From Spirulina sp. (GTDB lineage Bacteria; Cyanobacteriota; Cyanobacteriia; Phormidesmidales; Phormidesmidaceae): a stretch of DNA of 64,000 nucleotides. Position numbers and translations under genes: made by a program. Shown piece after piece: positions 11,038 to 21,235 of the stretch; within the stretch, counting starts at the first letter, position 1, and every line of letters starts with the position of its first letter. The notes below the pieces were generated by a model. The model saw nothing but the letters and a program-made list of their open reading frames with translations. It did not search any database and had not been told where the DNA came from. The stretch lies in NCBI GenBank assembly GCA_044070495.1, contig JBIPSI010000004.1, forward strand, positions 96,001 through 160,000. The letters are read 5' to 3'.

Positions 11038-12972
11038 TCAGCCGCTCAGCAGGGCTTCAACGAACTCGTAGCTGGAGAAGGGGCGCAGATCTTCGATGCC
11101 CTCCCCGGCACCGATAAAGCGGATGGGCAGGCCCAGTTGCTCCACCACCGCCAGGGCCACGCCGCCCTTGGCCGTACCGTCCAATTTGGTCAGCACCACG
11201 CCGCTGAGGTTGGCGGCTTCAGCGAAAACTTCGGCCTGACGCAGCCCGTTTTGGCCGAGGGTGGCATCCAAAACCAGCAGGGCTTCAATCTTGGCGTTGG
11301 GAGCGTTTTTATCGACGATACGGCGAATTTTAGCCAGTTCGTCCATCAGGTTTTTCTTGTTTTGCAGGCGGCCTGCGGTATCCACCAGCAGCAGGTCAAT
11401 TTGGCGAGAATTGGCGGCGGCGATGGCGTCGTAGACCACGGCGGCGGGGTCGGTGTTCTTGCCCGGATTGGCGATTACCTCCACTTCGCTACGGGCCCCC
11501 CAGGCTTTGACCTGCTCCACGGCGGCGGCCCGGAAGGTATCGGCGGCGGCAATCAGGGTGTTGTAGCCGGATTTCTTCGCCACATGGGCCAACTTACCGA
11601 TGGTGGTGGTTTTCCCGGCCCCGTTCACCCCGGTCATCAGCCAAATGTTGAGGGTTTCTTTTTCGGGCACAAACAGCAGGTTGTGGGAGTCTCCCAGGGG
11701 GGCATCCAACATGTCGCGCAGAATGGTTTTTAGGTAGGCAATGGCCTGATCCGGTGGCAATACCTGGTCGCGCATCCGGTCTTGCAGGGCTTCAATCACC
11801 TTATCCGTCGCCGCCACGCCCACATCCGCCTGGAGCAGCAGCGCCTCAATTTCCATCACCGCATCGTCGTTCAGCGGCCCTTGGCCCACGATGGCCTTCA
11901 GTTGGTTTACCAAACTCAGGCGGGTTTTGCTCAGCCCCTGCCGCAGGCGCTTCAGCCAGGTAATTTCCTCGGCAGAAATCTCGTCCGGTCGCCGCCCCTG
12001 GGCCGCCAACACCTCCGCCGACCACAGGAAGGCTTCGTCCAAATCAATGTCTGGCAGAACCAGCTCTGGCTCGGATACGGTGGCCACAGGCTCCGGTTCC
12101 GGCTCCGGCTCCACGATGGCGGTTTCCTGCAATCGTTCCAACCGCTGCAAGCGTTCTTCCTCGGCCCTCGCCCAAAAGGGAACACTGGCCTGGGGTTCCG
12201 GTTCCGCAACAGGTTCGGCCACGGGTTCAATCACAGAGGCTTCTGCGGCTGCGACGGGTTCGACCACGGACTCAGCGGCCACTTCCGCTGCGGGTTCTTC
12301 AAGGGACTCCGTAACGGGGATTTCTGCCTCAGAGGAAATTTCTGCAACAACAGCAACGGGTTCTTCAGAAGCAACCTCTTCCAGGACAGCAACGTCTACT
12401 TCGGTTGCTTCGGCAGTGGATTCCTCAATGGCAGATTCCTCCGGGATTAAGTCCTCTGAGGTCGTCTCTTCTGGTGCCGCTTCTTCAAAGACGGATTCCT
12501 CCGCCATCGCTGCCGATTCAGAGGCGACTTTTGGCTCAACCTCGGCGGTAACAGCGGATTCCGTCACGGGTTCTACAACAGCCGTTTCGGTGACGGCCTC
12601 TTCGACCAAATTCTCAACGGATTCAGTCGCGACAGATTCAGCCAATTCAGCGGGCGCTTCCACCTCAGGTTCCACCGCTGCGGGTTCTGGGGCTGGCTCG
12701 GTCGGAGTCTCGACCGCTTTGGTTTCAGCTTGTTGTTTTTGAATATCCTGTTGTTTTTGAATATTCTGCGCCGCCGCCTTGGCCCAGGCCAGCTTTTCCT
12801 CTGGGGTCATCTCAGCCAAGGACTTCGGCGCGGCTGAAGGCTCGGCCTCAGATGGCTTGGGGGCGGGTTGATCAGGGGATTTTTCTGACGTTACCGATTC
12901 AGTGGGTTGCGGCTCGGCCTGTTTGGAAGCCTCGGACTTTTCAAAACCACGCCGAAACCAGTTGAACACCAT
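11038..12972 (-). CDS. ftsY: SRP receptor FtsY with long acidic N-terminal region
   Basis: GVNGAGKTTT, DTFRAAA, DTAGR, TKLDGTAKGG. Confidence 0.97.
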   Translation of the reverse strand: MVFNWFRRGFEKSEASKQAEPQPTESVTSEKSPDQPAPKPSEAEPSAAPKSLAEMTPEEKLAWAKAAAQNIQKQQDIQKQQAETKAVETPTEPAPEPAAVEPEVEAPAELAESVATESVENLVEEAVTETAVVEPVTESAVTAEVEPKVASESAAMAEESVFEEAAPEETTSEDLIPEESAIEESTAEATEVDVAVLEEVASEEPVAVVAEISSEAEIPVTESLEEPAAEVAAESVVEPVAAAEASVIEPVAEPVAEPEPQASVPFWARAEEERLQRLERLQETAIVEPEPEPEPVATVSEPELVLPDIDLDEAFLWSAEVLAAQGRRPDEISAEEITWLKRLRQGLSKTRLSLVNQLKAIVGQGPLNDDAVMEIEALLLQADVGVAATDKVIEALQDRMRDQVLPPDQAIAYLKTILRDMLDAPLGDSHNLLFVPEKETLNIWLMTGVNGAGKTTTIGKLAHVAKKSGYNTLIAAADTFRAAAVEQVKAWGARSEVEVIANPGKNTDPAAVVYDAIAAANSRQIDLLLVDTAGRLQNKKNLMDELAKIRRIVDKNAPNAKIEALLVLDATLGQNGLRQAEVFAEAANLSGVVLTKLDGTAKGGVALAVVEQLGLPIRFIGAGEGIEDLRPFSSYEFVEALLSG

Positions 12973-13316
12973 ACCAGCACTACCTTAAGGGACGTTACGC
13001 TTCTTCAATATTGATACTCTATCGCAGCACCGACGGTAGGTATGATGACCGTACCTTTGCCATGGCCTAGGCGAGCCATGCGGGATCCAAGCCAAAGCGG
13101 TAGGCCAGCCACAGCAGGGTCAGCAGCGTAAAACCCAAAATCCATAGAGGCCAGCGAGGGGGCGGTGACGGCGGGGACGACATGGCAACCGTTGGGATAG
13201 ACAGTTGGGATGAATCGGTGCAATGCGGGTAAGAGGGACGGGTTAGGTTGTTACAATTTTTTAAGTCAGAATACCGATATTACGATTAGTCGCATTCAGC
13301 AGGAGAACGAAGCACC

Positions 13317-13520
13317 ATGGCCATTAACTGTGCGGTAGATTGCAAGGACGGCTGCATTTTGGGCGACGACTGCCCCAACCTGAAATACACCGAGGAAGCC
13401 AGCAAATTTATTGCCGACACCTCCCTCGACAAAATGTTAGAAATGGCTGAAGAAGCCGTGCGCCGCAAGATGATGGAACGGGCCTCTCAGCCGCCCAAGT
13501 GGGTGCTTCCTGAGGATTAG
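13317..13520 (+). CDS. Small Cys-rich hypothetical protein
   Basis: 67 aa, NCAVDCKDGCILGDDCPN; AGGAG upstream; hairpin at ~13544-13563 downstream. Confidence 0.75.
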   Translation: MAINCAVDCKDGCILGDDCPNLKYTEEASKFIADTSLDKMLEMAEEAVRRKMMERASQPPKWVLPED

Positions 13521-13580
13521 TCTTGTTCAACACTGCCCAGAGGCAAGGGGCTTAAGCCCTTTGTTTACGGAACCCTTCAC

Positions 13581-13724
13581 CATAGCGAGTCCTAATTTCA
13601 CGGTCTCAAAGGATCCCCCCTGCCCCCCTTGGTAAGGGGGGTATGGAGTAAGTTTGGGCCGCTAGGTACTGGGGGGATCTAGAATTCAGCAACGGTGGAT
13701 CTCATGCTATTGAGAACCACTCTA
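13581..13724 (+). mobile_element. MITE family A, degenerate copy
   Basis: Shares GATCCCCCCTGCCCCCCTTGGTAAGGGGGG core and CTAGGTACTGGGGGGATCTAGAA with the 17796 and 28705 copies. Confidence 0.7.
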
Positions 13725-13743
13725 AACAAACCCTAGGTGATTC

Positions 13744-14199
13744 CTAAAGTTCGCCTCGAATGGCTTCAATAACACCATCGCGGATCAGGATTTCCACCTG
13801 AAGCTTTTGCACCAGGTTATCGCCCACGGCAACATTGAAGAAGCTCTCCACTTTGCCTTGTTCCACTTCCACATCCATCTCCAGGGTTTGCACCTGTTGA
13901 AGTTGCTGAAGGTTTTGGTTTTTTTGCTGAAGTAGCTTGCTCTTATCTTGGTTCAGGCGGTTTTGCACCTCGGCAATTTGTTGCTGAATGCCCGCATTGC
14001 CAGGCTGAGCTTCGGCCTGTTTTTGCAGTTCGCTCAGCACCCGTTGCCCCTGCATTTCTAGCTGTTGCAATTGGCCATCAACCTGGTTGATTTGGCTTTG
14101 CAGTTGCTTTTGGGCCTCTTCTTTCCACAGTGGTGTGACCACTGCTTTGATATTGACAACCCGCTTCAGCAGCAATGATTTACTGTCATCCATAGCCAT
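13744..14199 (-). CDS. YlqD family protein
   Basis: LKRVVNIKAVVTPLWKEE, Q-rich coiled coil, EILIRDGVI. Confidence 0.8.
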   Translation of the reverse strand: MAMDDSKSLLLKRVVNIKAVVTPLWKEEAQKQLQSQINQVDGQLQQLEMQGQRVLSELQKQAEAQPGNAGIQQQIAEVQNRLNQDKSKLLQQKNQNLQQLQQVQTLEMDVEVEQGKVESFFNVAVGDNLVQKLQVEILIRDGVIEAIRGEL

Positions 14200-14295
14200 T
14201 AGACGTACTCAACAAGAATTGTTACCAACTCCGACGGGGGGAACCGCCGCAGGATAGAGCCTGGAAAAACCAGATGCCCCTACCCTCAACCCCAC

Positions 14296-16263
14296 CTATA
14301 CAAACATCGCGTCAATCATATCGCGATACCGTTCAGTCACCACGGGGCGGCGAACTTTTAAGGTTTGCGTAAGCAGACCATTTTCGATGGAGAAGGGCTC
14401 TAGCACCAGGCGGAAGGGGCCAATGCGGTCGTCGGGCCGATATCCGGGGCGATCCTTGACTTGGCGGGTCATTTCGTCGCGCAGCAGCTTTTGAAGCCGG
14501 TCGTCCTCTAGGGTGATGGTACCCATGCCTGCCGGGACGGGGGTTTCGTCCCCAGGAATGGCGATAAAGAGAGACTGACCAGCGGCCCAGGCTTGCAGGG
14601 CATCCACATTGGGCACCACGATGGCACCGAGGGAGCGCTGATCTTGCCCCACCACCATGATTTGGTCAATGTAGGGGCTGCGGATGCAGGCATCTTCGAT
14701 GGGCTGGGGTTCAATGTTTTCGCCGTTGGTGAGGACGATGGTGTCCTTGGCCCGCCCGGTGAGCACCACGTTGCCGTCTTTGCTAATCCAGCCCAGGTCG
14801 CCCGTGTCGAACCAGCCTTCGGGGTCGATGGCCTTTTGGGTAGCTTCGGGGTTGCGGTAGTAGCCCTCCATAATTTGCGGCCCCCGTGCGAGGACGAGGC
14901 CCTGGGCACCCTGGGGCACCTCCTGGCGGGTTTCTAAATCCACCACCTTAATTTCGGTGAAGGGGATGGGTTGTCCGGCGGCACCGCGCAGGTTGCTCCA
15001 GGGGCGGCGGGCGGAGAGCACCGGGGAGGTTTCTGTGAGGCCGTAGCCCACCAGCAGGGGCACGCCAATGATTTCAAAGAAGCTATCGATGTGCCTTGCC
15101 AGGGAACCGCCGCCGCTGATTAGTTGCTTCACCTCGCCCCCGGTGGCTTGGCGCACCTTGCCGTAGACCAGGGCTTTGCCCACCTGGTGCAGGGGCCACA
15201 GGGCCAGGGCCGCAAGGCCAGAGGTCAGCCGCTCCACGGTGGACAGGTTGGGGGCGTCGATTTTCATGTCTTGGTAGCGCCAGAGGTGGGTGACGTAGCG
15301 CTCGCTGAGGCCAAAGCAGGTGAAGATCAGCTTTTGTTTGCCCGCGCTTTGCTCCCGAAACTGCCGCTGCGCCCCTTCGTAGATCGATTCCCACAGGCGG
15401 GGCACGCCAACCATGTACTGGGGCTTGGTGCTCTTCAGGTCGGTTTTGAGGTGGCGAATGTTGCTGTAAATTTGGCTGCACCCATTGGCCAGCAGAAAGT
15501 ATTCCGCCGTGCGCTCAAAGCTGTGCCAGGAGGGCAAAATCCCCACCACCCGATCCCCCGGTTCCGGCTGCACCACCGACCGCAGGGTGTTGATCTGGTG
15601 CAGCAGGTTGCGGTGGCTAAGCATCACCCCCTTGGGCTGGCCCGTGGTGCCGGAGGTGTAGATCAGCGTCGCTAAGTCCTCTGGCTTAATGGTGACGGGG
15701 CTGTAGGAATGCTCCTTCCCTAGGGCCATCAGTTGACTGAAATTCAGGATTTTCAGCCGTTCATCGGCGGCGGGTTCCTCATCGGAAAGCAAAATCACCA
15801 GGGGAATCGGCAGATTGTCCAACCGTTGACGCAGGCGCTTCAGCAGGGCGACGTTTTCCACCACCAGCACTGTGCTTTCGCTGTGTTCGGCGATGTAAAG
15901 CAACTCCTCGGTTTCGGCGGTGCCACTCCGCACAGCGTCCATGCCCCCGGCGGTCATAATCCCCTGGTCGGCAATGAACCAGCGGTGGCTATTATCGGCA
16001 AACAGGGCCACATGGGTACGGTTTTCTATCCCCAACGCCTGCAAGCCACTGGCAAAGGTACGAATGGCCTCCCCCAGTTGCCGATAGGTGAAGGTGGCAG
16101 CGGGTTTGTAGTGGGGGTCGTTCAGGGCCACAATGTCGCCGTACTTTTCCGCTACGATGGGCCAAATTTCGTGGATGGCCTGGAGGTGTTCGTAGGGATT
16201 TTGGGCGGCCAAAAAGGCCCGGTCACGCTGGCGAACCTCATGCAGAGCGTCACTAACGGTCAT
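14296..16263 (-). CDS. aas: Long-chain acyl-ACP/CoA synthetase
   Basis: YTSGTTGQPKG, GYGLTET, GWFDTGDLG, GENIEP. Confidence 0.85.
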   Translation of the reverse strand: MTVSDALHEVRQRDRAFLAAQNPYEHLQAIHEIWPIVAEKYGDIVALNDPHYKPAATFTYRQLGEAIRTFASGLQALGIENRTHVALFADNSHRWFIADQGIMTAGGMDAVRSGTAETEELLYIAEHSESTVLVVENVALLKRLRQRLDNLPIPLVILLSDEEPAADERLKILNFSQLMALGKEHSYSPVTIKPEDLATLIYTSGTTGQPKGVMLSHRNLLHQINTLRSVVQPEPGDRVVGILPSWHSFERTAEYFLLANGCSQIYSNIRHLKTDLKSTKPQYMVGVPRLWESIYEGAQRQFREQSAGKQKLIFTCFGLSERYVTHLWRYQDMKIDAPNLSTVERLTSGLAALALWPLHQVGKALVYGKVRQATGGEVKQLISGGGSLARHIDSFFEIIGVPLLVGYGLTETSPVLSARRPWSNLRGAAGQPIPFTEIKVVDLETRQEVPQGAQGLVLARGPQIMEGYYRNPEATQKAIDPEGWFDTGDLGWISKDGNVVLTGRAKDTIVLTNGENIEPQPIEDACIRSPYIDQIMVVGQDQRSLGAIVVPNVDALQAWAAGQSLFIAIPGDETPVPAGMGTITLEDDRLQKLLRDEMTRQVKDRPGYRPDDRIGPFRLVLEPFSIENGLLTQTLKVRRPVVTERYRDMIDAMFV

Positions 16264-16535
16264 GGGGGGGCACCAATAACAACGATGGAGTCATGATAAA
16301 GAAGTTGGGCTAATCCTACCGCAGGCTAGGGTTAGCGGAGTTAACCGTAGCCTAGCGATCTGGGGTAGCGGCTAGAACCTTGGGAGAACCAGATTTTGAA
16401 CCGGCTAGGCCAGCAGCCCCGCTGCTGATAGGTCATCCGCATTCCGCACTGCCAAGACTCCTCTCCTATCAGCGCCCATATCAGCGGGGAATGGATAGGC
16501 CGGTAGAACAAGTTTGGTAAGCTGACGAGGGCTGA

Positions 16536-17705
<1,170 letters not shown>

Positions 17706-17795
17706 GCTTCCCCAGAGGACTGTCTGAAAACTCGGTTTCTCGTTTGGAATCATGCCCATGACATTGAAGTAGTCGCGAAGAAACCGGGTTTTTGA

Positions 17796-17941
17796 TGTAG
17801 CGGATTTCACTTGTGTGAAGTTTCTTGCGATGATCCCCCCTGCCCCCCTTGGTAAGGGGGGTGTAGAGGGAAACTGAAACAGCTAGGTACTGGGGGGATC
17901 TAGAACTCAGCAATGGTGTATCTTACCCTCTAGAATCCTAT
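17796..17941 (+). mobile_element. MITE family A copy
   Basis: Reverse-complement homologue of 28705-28854. Confidence 0.75.
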
Positions 17942-18018
17942 GGAGTAAGGCTGAAATGACCATAGCTAAAATCGAAATGAGTTAAGCTAACGATATCTGC
18001 GGCAAGGCATGAGAGGCT

Positions 18019-18399
18019 ATGGATATGACTTCCGTATCCCACAACCCAACAGCTATTATTCGTACCGAACGAGGATTGTCAATTTCTGGGACACGCATCA
18101 CCCTATACGATGTGATGGACTACCTGATAGCCCAATATCCACCACAGTTTATTCGTTCCCTGTTCGACTTAACAGAGGATCAGATGACTGCGGCTTTAGC
18201 CTACATTGAGGCAAATCGCGCTGAAGTTGATGCAGAATATCAATCCGTTCTGACCCAAGCGGAGGAAAGCCGACGCTATTGGGAAGATCGAAGTCGTGAG
18301 CACCTAGCCCGTGCTGCCAACATACATCCTAATCCGGATCAAGCCGCGCTTTGGGCGAAACTTCAGGCTCAAAAAGCTAGGCATGGGATTGATGCATGA
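18019..18399 (+). CDS. DUF433 family putative antitoxin
   Basis: GLSISGTRITLYDVMDY...AALAYI; ATGA overlap with next gene. Confidence 0.8.
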   Translation: MDMTSVSHNPTAIIRTERGLSISGTRITLYDVMDYLIAQYPPQFIRSLFDLTEDQMTAALAYIEANRAEVDAEYQSVLTQAEESRRYWEDRSREHLARAANIHPNPDQAALWAKLQAQKARHGIDA

Positions 18400-18791
18400 A
18401 CTTTTTGATTGATCACAACTTGGGAGGACATGCTGAGTTGCTATTGGGTAATATTGCGAGTCAAGGTTGGCTAGAACTAATTCCAATTCGCTTTGTTACT
18501 TTTCAAGAAATTGGTTTGCCGATTGATAGTAGCGATCAAAGAGTCTGGCAATTCGCCCAGTTAAATCAGATGATTTTGCTAACGGCAAACCGAAGCATGA
18601 AAGGAGAAGATTCGCTGGAGAAAGTGCTTCGGGAAGAAAATACTCTGAATTCCTTTCCTGTCGTTACCATTGGAGATGCCAATCGTTTTTTGGCCGACCG
18701 CGTCTACCGAAACCGTTGCGCTGACCGTATCCTCGAAATCCTGTTAGAGATTGAAAACTGGATGGGTGTTGGTCGTCTTTTTGTTCCGTAA
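18396..18791 (+). CDS. DUF5615 / PIN-like putative toxin
   Basis: MNFLIDHNL, SSDQRVW, ILLTAN; coupled to DUF433. Confidence 0.75.
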   Translation: MNFLIDHNLGGHAELLLGNIASQGWLELIPIRFVTFQEIGLPIDSSDQRVWQFAQLNQMILLTANRSMKGEDSLEKVLREENTLNSFPVVTIGDANRFLADRVYRNRCADRILEILLEIENWMGVGRLFVP

Positions 18792-18807
18792 ATAGGGTTA
18801 AACCAAC

Positions 18808-19665
18808 ATGCCATCCTCCTTCCTCACCCTTCAGAGCCAACACGCCTGCTTTGGCGGCACCGTGGGCTACTACAGCCACTTTTCTAGCCAGTGCCAGTGC
18901 GAAATGCGGTTTGCGGTCTTCATTCCGCCCCAGGCCCAGGCTGGCCCGGTACCCGTGTTGTATTACCTATCGGGGCTAACCTGCACCGAGGAAAACTTTA
19001 CCGCCAAGGCCGGAGCCCAGCGCTATGCGGCGGAGCAAGGGCTGATGCTGGTGGCCCCCGATACCAGCCCCCGTGGGGAGGAAATCCCCGACGAAGCCGA
19101 TGCCTGGGACTTTGGCACCGGGGCCGGGTTCTACGTCAACGCAACCCAAGCCCCCTGGAGCCAGCACTACCGCATGTATAGCTACGTGGTGGAGGAACTG
19201 CCGGAACTGATCGCCGCCAACTTTGCCATAAAACCGGATCGCCAGGGGATTTTTGGCCATTCCATGGGCGGGCACGGAGCCTTAGTCTGTGGTCTGCGGA
19301 ATCCCCAGTTGTTTAAGTCGATTTCGGCCTTTGCCCCCATCGCCGCCCCCAGCCAATGCCCCTGGGGGCAAAAAGCTTTTAGCGGATACCTCGGCCCCGA
19401 TCAAACCCTGTGGCATGGCTACGATGCCAGCCACCTAGTGAAAACCCAACCCCAGCCCGACCGGATGATCCTGATTGACCAGGGCAACGCCGATCCTTTT
19501 TTGGGCCAGGGCCAACTCTTGCCGGAGGTGTTTGAAGCGACCTGCAAGGAAGCAGGACAACCCCTAACCCTGCGAATGCAACCGGGCTACGACCACGGCT
19601 ACTACTTCATTGCCACCTTCATGGCCGACCATATTCGCCACCACGGGGCCATCCTTACGACCTAG
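18808..19665 (+). CDS. fghA: S-formylglutathione hydrolase
   Basis: [21 protein letters not shown]. Confidence 0.95.
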   Translation: MPSSFLTLQSQHACFGGTVGYYSHFSSQCQCEMRFAVFIPPQAQAGPVPVLYYLSGLTCTEENFTAKAGAQRYAAEQGLMLVAPDTSPRGEEIPDEADAWDFGTGAGFYVNATQAPWSQHYRMYSYVVEELPELIAANFAIKPDRQGIFGHSMGGHGALVCGLRNPQLFKSISAFAPIAAPSQCPWGQKAFSGYLGPDQTLWHGYDASHLVKTQPQPDRMILIDQGNADPFLGQGQLLPEVFEATCKEAGQPLTLRMQPGYDHGYYFIATFMADHIRHHGAILTT

Positions 19666-19803
19666 GACATTGCGCCCCTGCTTGCCCGCCCCATCCCCAA
19701 TCCTGCCCCATCGATGCTGGAAGTTAGGTGCAGCGATAGTCGCTACGGTGCCGTGGTAGCGGCATGAGGCGCGGGCCATGACCGATTTGGCGGTGCCGCG
19801 TCG

Positions 19804-20264
19804 TTCATGGACGATCCCCAGCATCAGGATGTTGAAATGAACCGAGCCAAACGACCCATTCGTGCGGTCGAGACTCAATGTCCAGGGTTGAGGTATCTGG
19901 CTCCAACTCACCATCGTCCGGGCAATATCATCAAAATCCACCGGAAACTCCCGCAAAAACCGGGTCAGACGCTTGTGGCTCGACTCTGGTTTTGCCCGAT
20001 TGGCAAACACCGACGACAGCTTATCCAGGTTCACCGTCTCCACCCGGAATAGGGCCACCAGAAACAGGGCTAGAAACGTCAGACGGGCACCATGCCACGG
20101 CAGATGAGGGCGCAGGGCCGCTTGAAGTCGGTTAATCTGAGTCATGGAGAGGGTCTAGCTAAGGTTGTGCTAATCTCTAGCTCACCTCCCTCTTCCTCAG
20201 TCTGTCAACCCCTCCACAGGGAAGGCTTTCAGCCCCTCACCCCAAGTTTTGTCCCTGTACCGTG
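19804..20264 (-). mobile_element. Truncated IS4-family element: one end plus the first ~114 aa of the transposase (start 20145)
   Basis: LRPHLPWHGARLTFL...LSLDRT...NILMLGIVH resembles cyanobacterial IS4 transposase N-termini, then similarity ends; likely terminus GGTACAGGGACAAAA near 20247-20264. Confidence 0.8.
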
Positions 20265-20379
20265 GCCCACACCTGGGGTGCCCCCTGAACTGCCGCTTCT
20301 TTAGCAACACACCGTGAGTCATGTAGATGAGCGTAATCATTTGTAGGGTTTGTCAGCTTGATCTCGTCACAATCAGGTA

Positions 20380-20408
20380 TTGACATCTAGATTTTTGTAC
20401 ACTAACTT
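20380..20408 (+). promoter_or_regulatory. Sigma70-type promoter of the RNA-NYN-RNase III locus
   Basis: TTGACA (20380-20385), 17-bp spacer, TAACTT (20403-20408). Confidence 0.65.
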
Positions 20409-20414
20409 TATACC

Positions 20415-20660
20415 AAGCTCTACATTAAAGCGCTAGCGCTTCTGGCCAGCTAGGTTTACAAAGCTGCCGCTTCCAAAATTTGCAGGTAAAGCTGTACAGG
20501 GTGGATGCGACAACTTTGTAAGGTTAGCTGAATCGAAAAATAACTAAAAATTCTGTAGTTAAGTCTACGGAAATTTTAGCTATTCTTCAGTTCAGCCACA
20601 TCATCAGCCGCAAGAAACGCTACAGAAGACGTAGAGCCCGTACTTTATTGGAGGCTCTAA
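20415..20660 (+). ncRNA. Candidate structured RNA/leader with nested stems (no known family recognised)
   Basis: Stems 20417-23/20631-37, 20434-46/20610-22, 20456-75/20502-21, 20527-58/20565-96. Confidence 0.55.
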
Positions 20661-20661
20661 C

Positions 20662-21138
20662 ATGAGTGCTCAAGTTGTTTCAATTCACCGCAATTGTCCT
20701 ACGGTAGCGGTAGCTGTTGATGGCCAAAATGTTGGCCTTTTGAAAAATGGTGAGGCTATTTTGAGGTTTGCATCAGGTTTGGGTAATGTTTCTATTCAAT
20801 GGGCTTACTACAATTATCGAAACCTGAAGCCTCGCCATGAAGCCCGACTACAGGAGCAGGAGTGGCAATGTGTAGATGTGGCAGTTTGTACGAAAAACGA
20901 ACTGGATCATCGAATGATGACGGCGGTGAGAAAGTTGTGTTCCTGTCAACCACCTAATATTTTGGTGATCGTCACCAATGACAAAGACTTTGCTCCCCTC
21001 ATTGAGTATGCCTGTAGTCAGGGAATCAAGGTCTTTGTCATTGGTCGGCGTAATGGGATGAGCAAGGATCTCAAGCGTCTTCTCCCCAATGGCATCGTTT
21101 ATATTGAAGACCTGAAACAACTGCCTTTAGCGAGTTAA
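20662..21138 (+). CDS. NYN-domain (LabA/DUF88, PIN-fold) ribonuclease
   Basis: VAVDGQNV, KNELD, IVTNDKDFAPL, GIKVFVIG; GGAGG RBS. Confidence 0.88.
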   Translation: MSAQVVSIHRNCPTVAVAVDGQNVGLLKNGEAILRFASGLGNVSIQWAYYNYRNLKPRHEARLQEQEWQCVDVAVCTKNELDHRMMTAVRKLCSCQPPNILVIVTNDKDFAPLIEYACSQGIKVFVIGRRNGMSKDLKRLLPNGIVYIEDLKQLPLAS

Positions 21139-21235
21139 CGCGACTTTAGAATGGTCTGACTTTGCCCTTGAGAGCTTCTACAAAATAGACTTCATCAAGG
21201 GTAAAGTCTTTCCAAAGCCCTGTTTAGTATTGATC

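Noticed and set aside
11891..12742. Ser/Ala/Thr-rich 283-aa ORF
   Set aside because: Antisense of the acidic FtsY N-terminus
16380..16470. Resemblance to a cobalamin riboswitch (GCCCCGCTGCTG)
   Set aside because: Other conserved core elements and the B12 box are absent
19564..19803. C-terminal part of the 193-aa transposase ORF
   Set aside because: Read-through into unrelated DNA, overlapping fghA antisense
20415..20660. Retron msr-msd interpretation of the structured region
   Set aside because: No reverse transcriptase in the window
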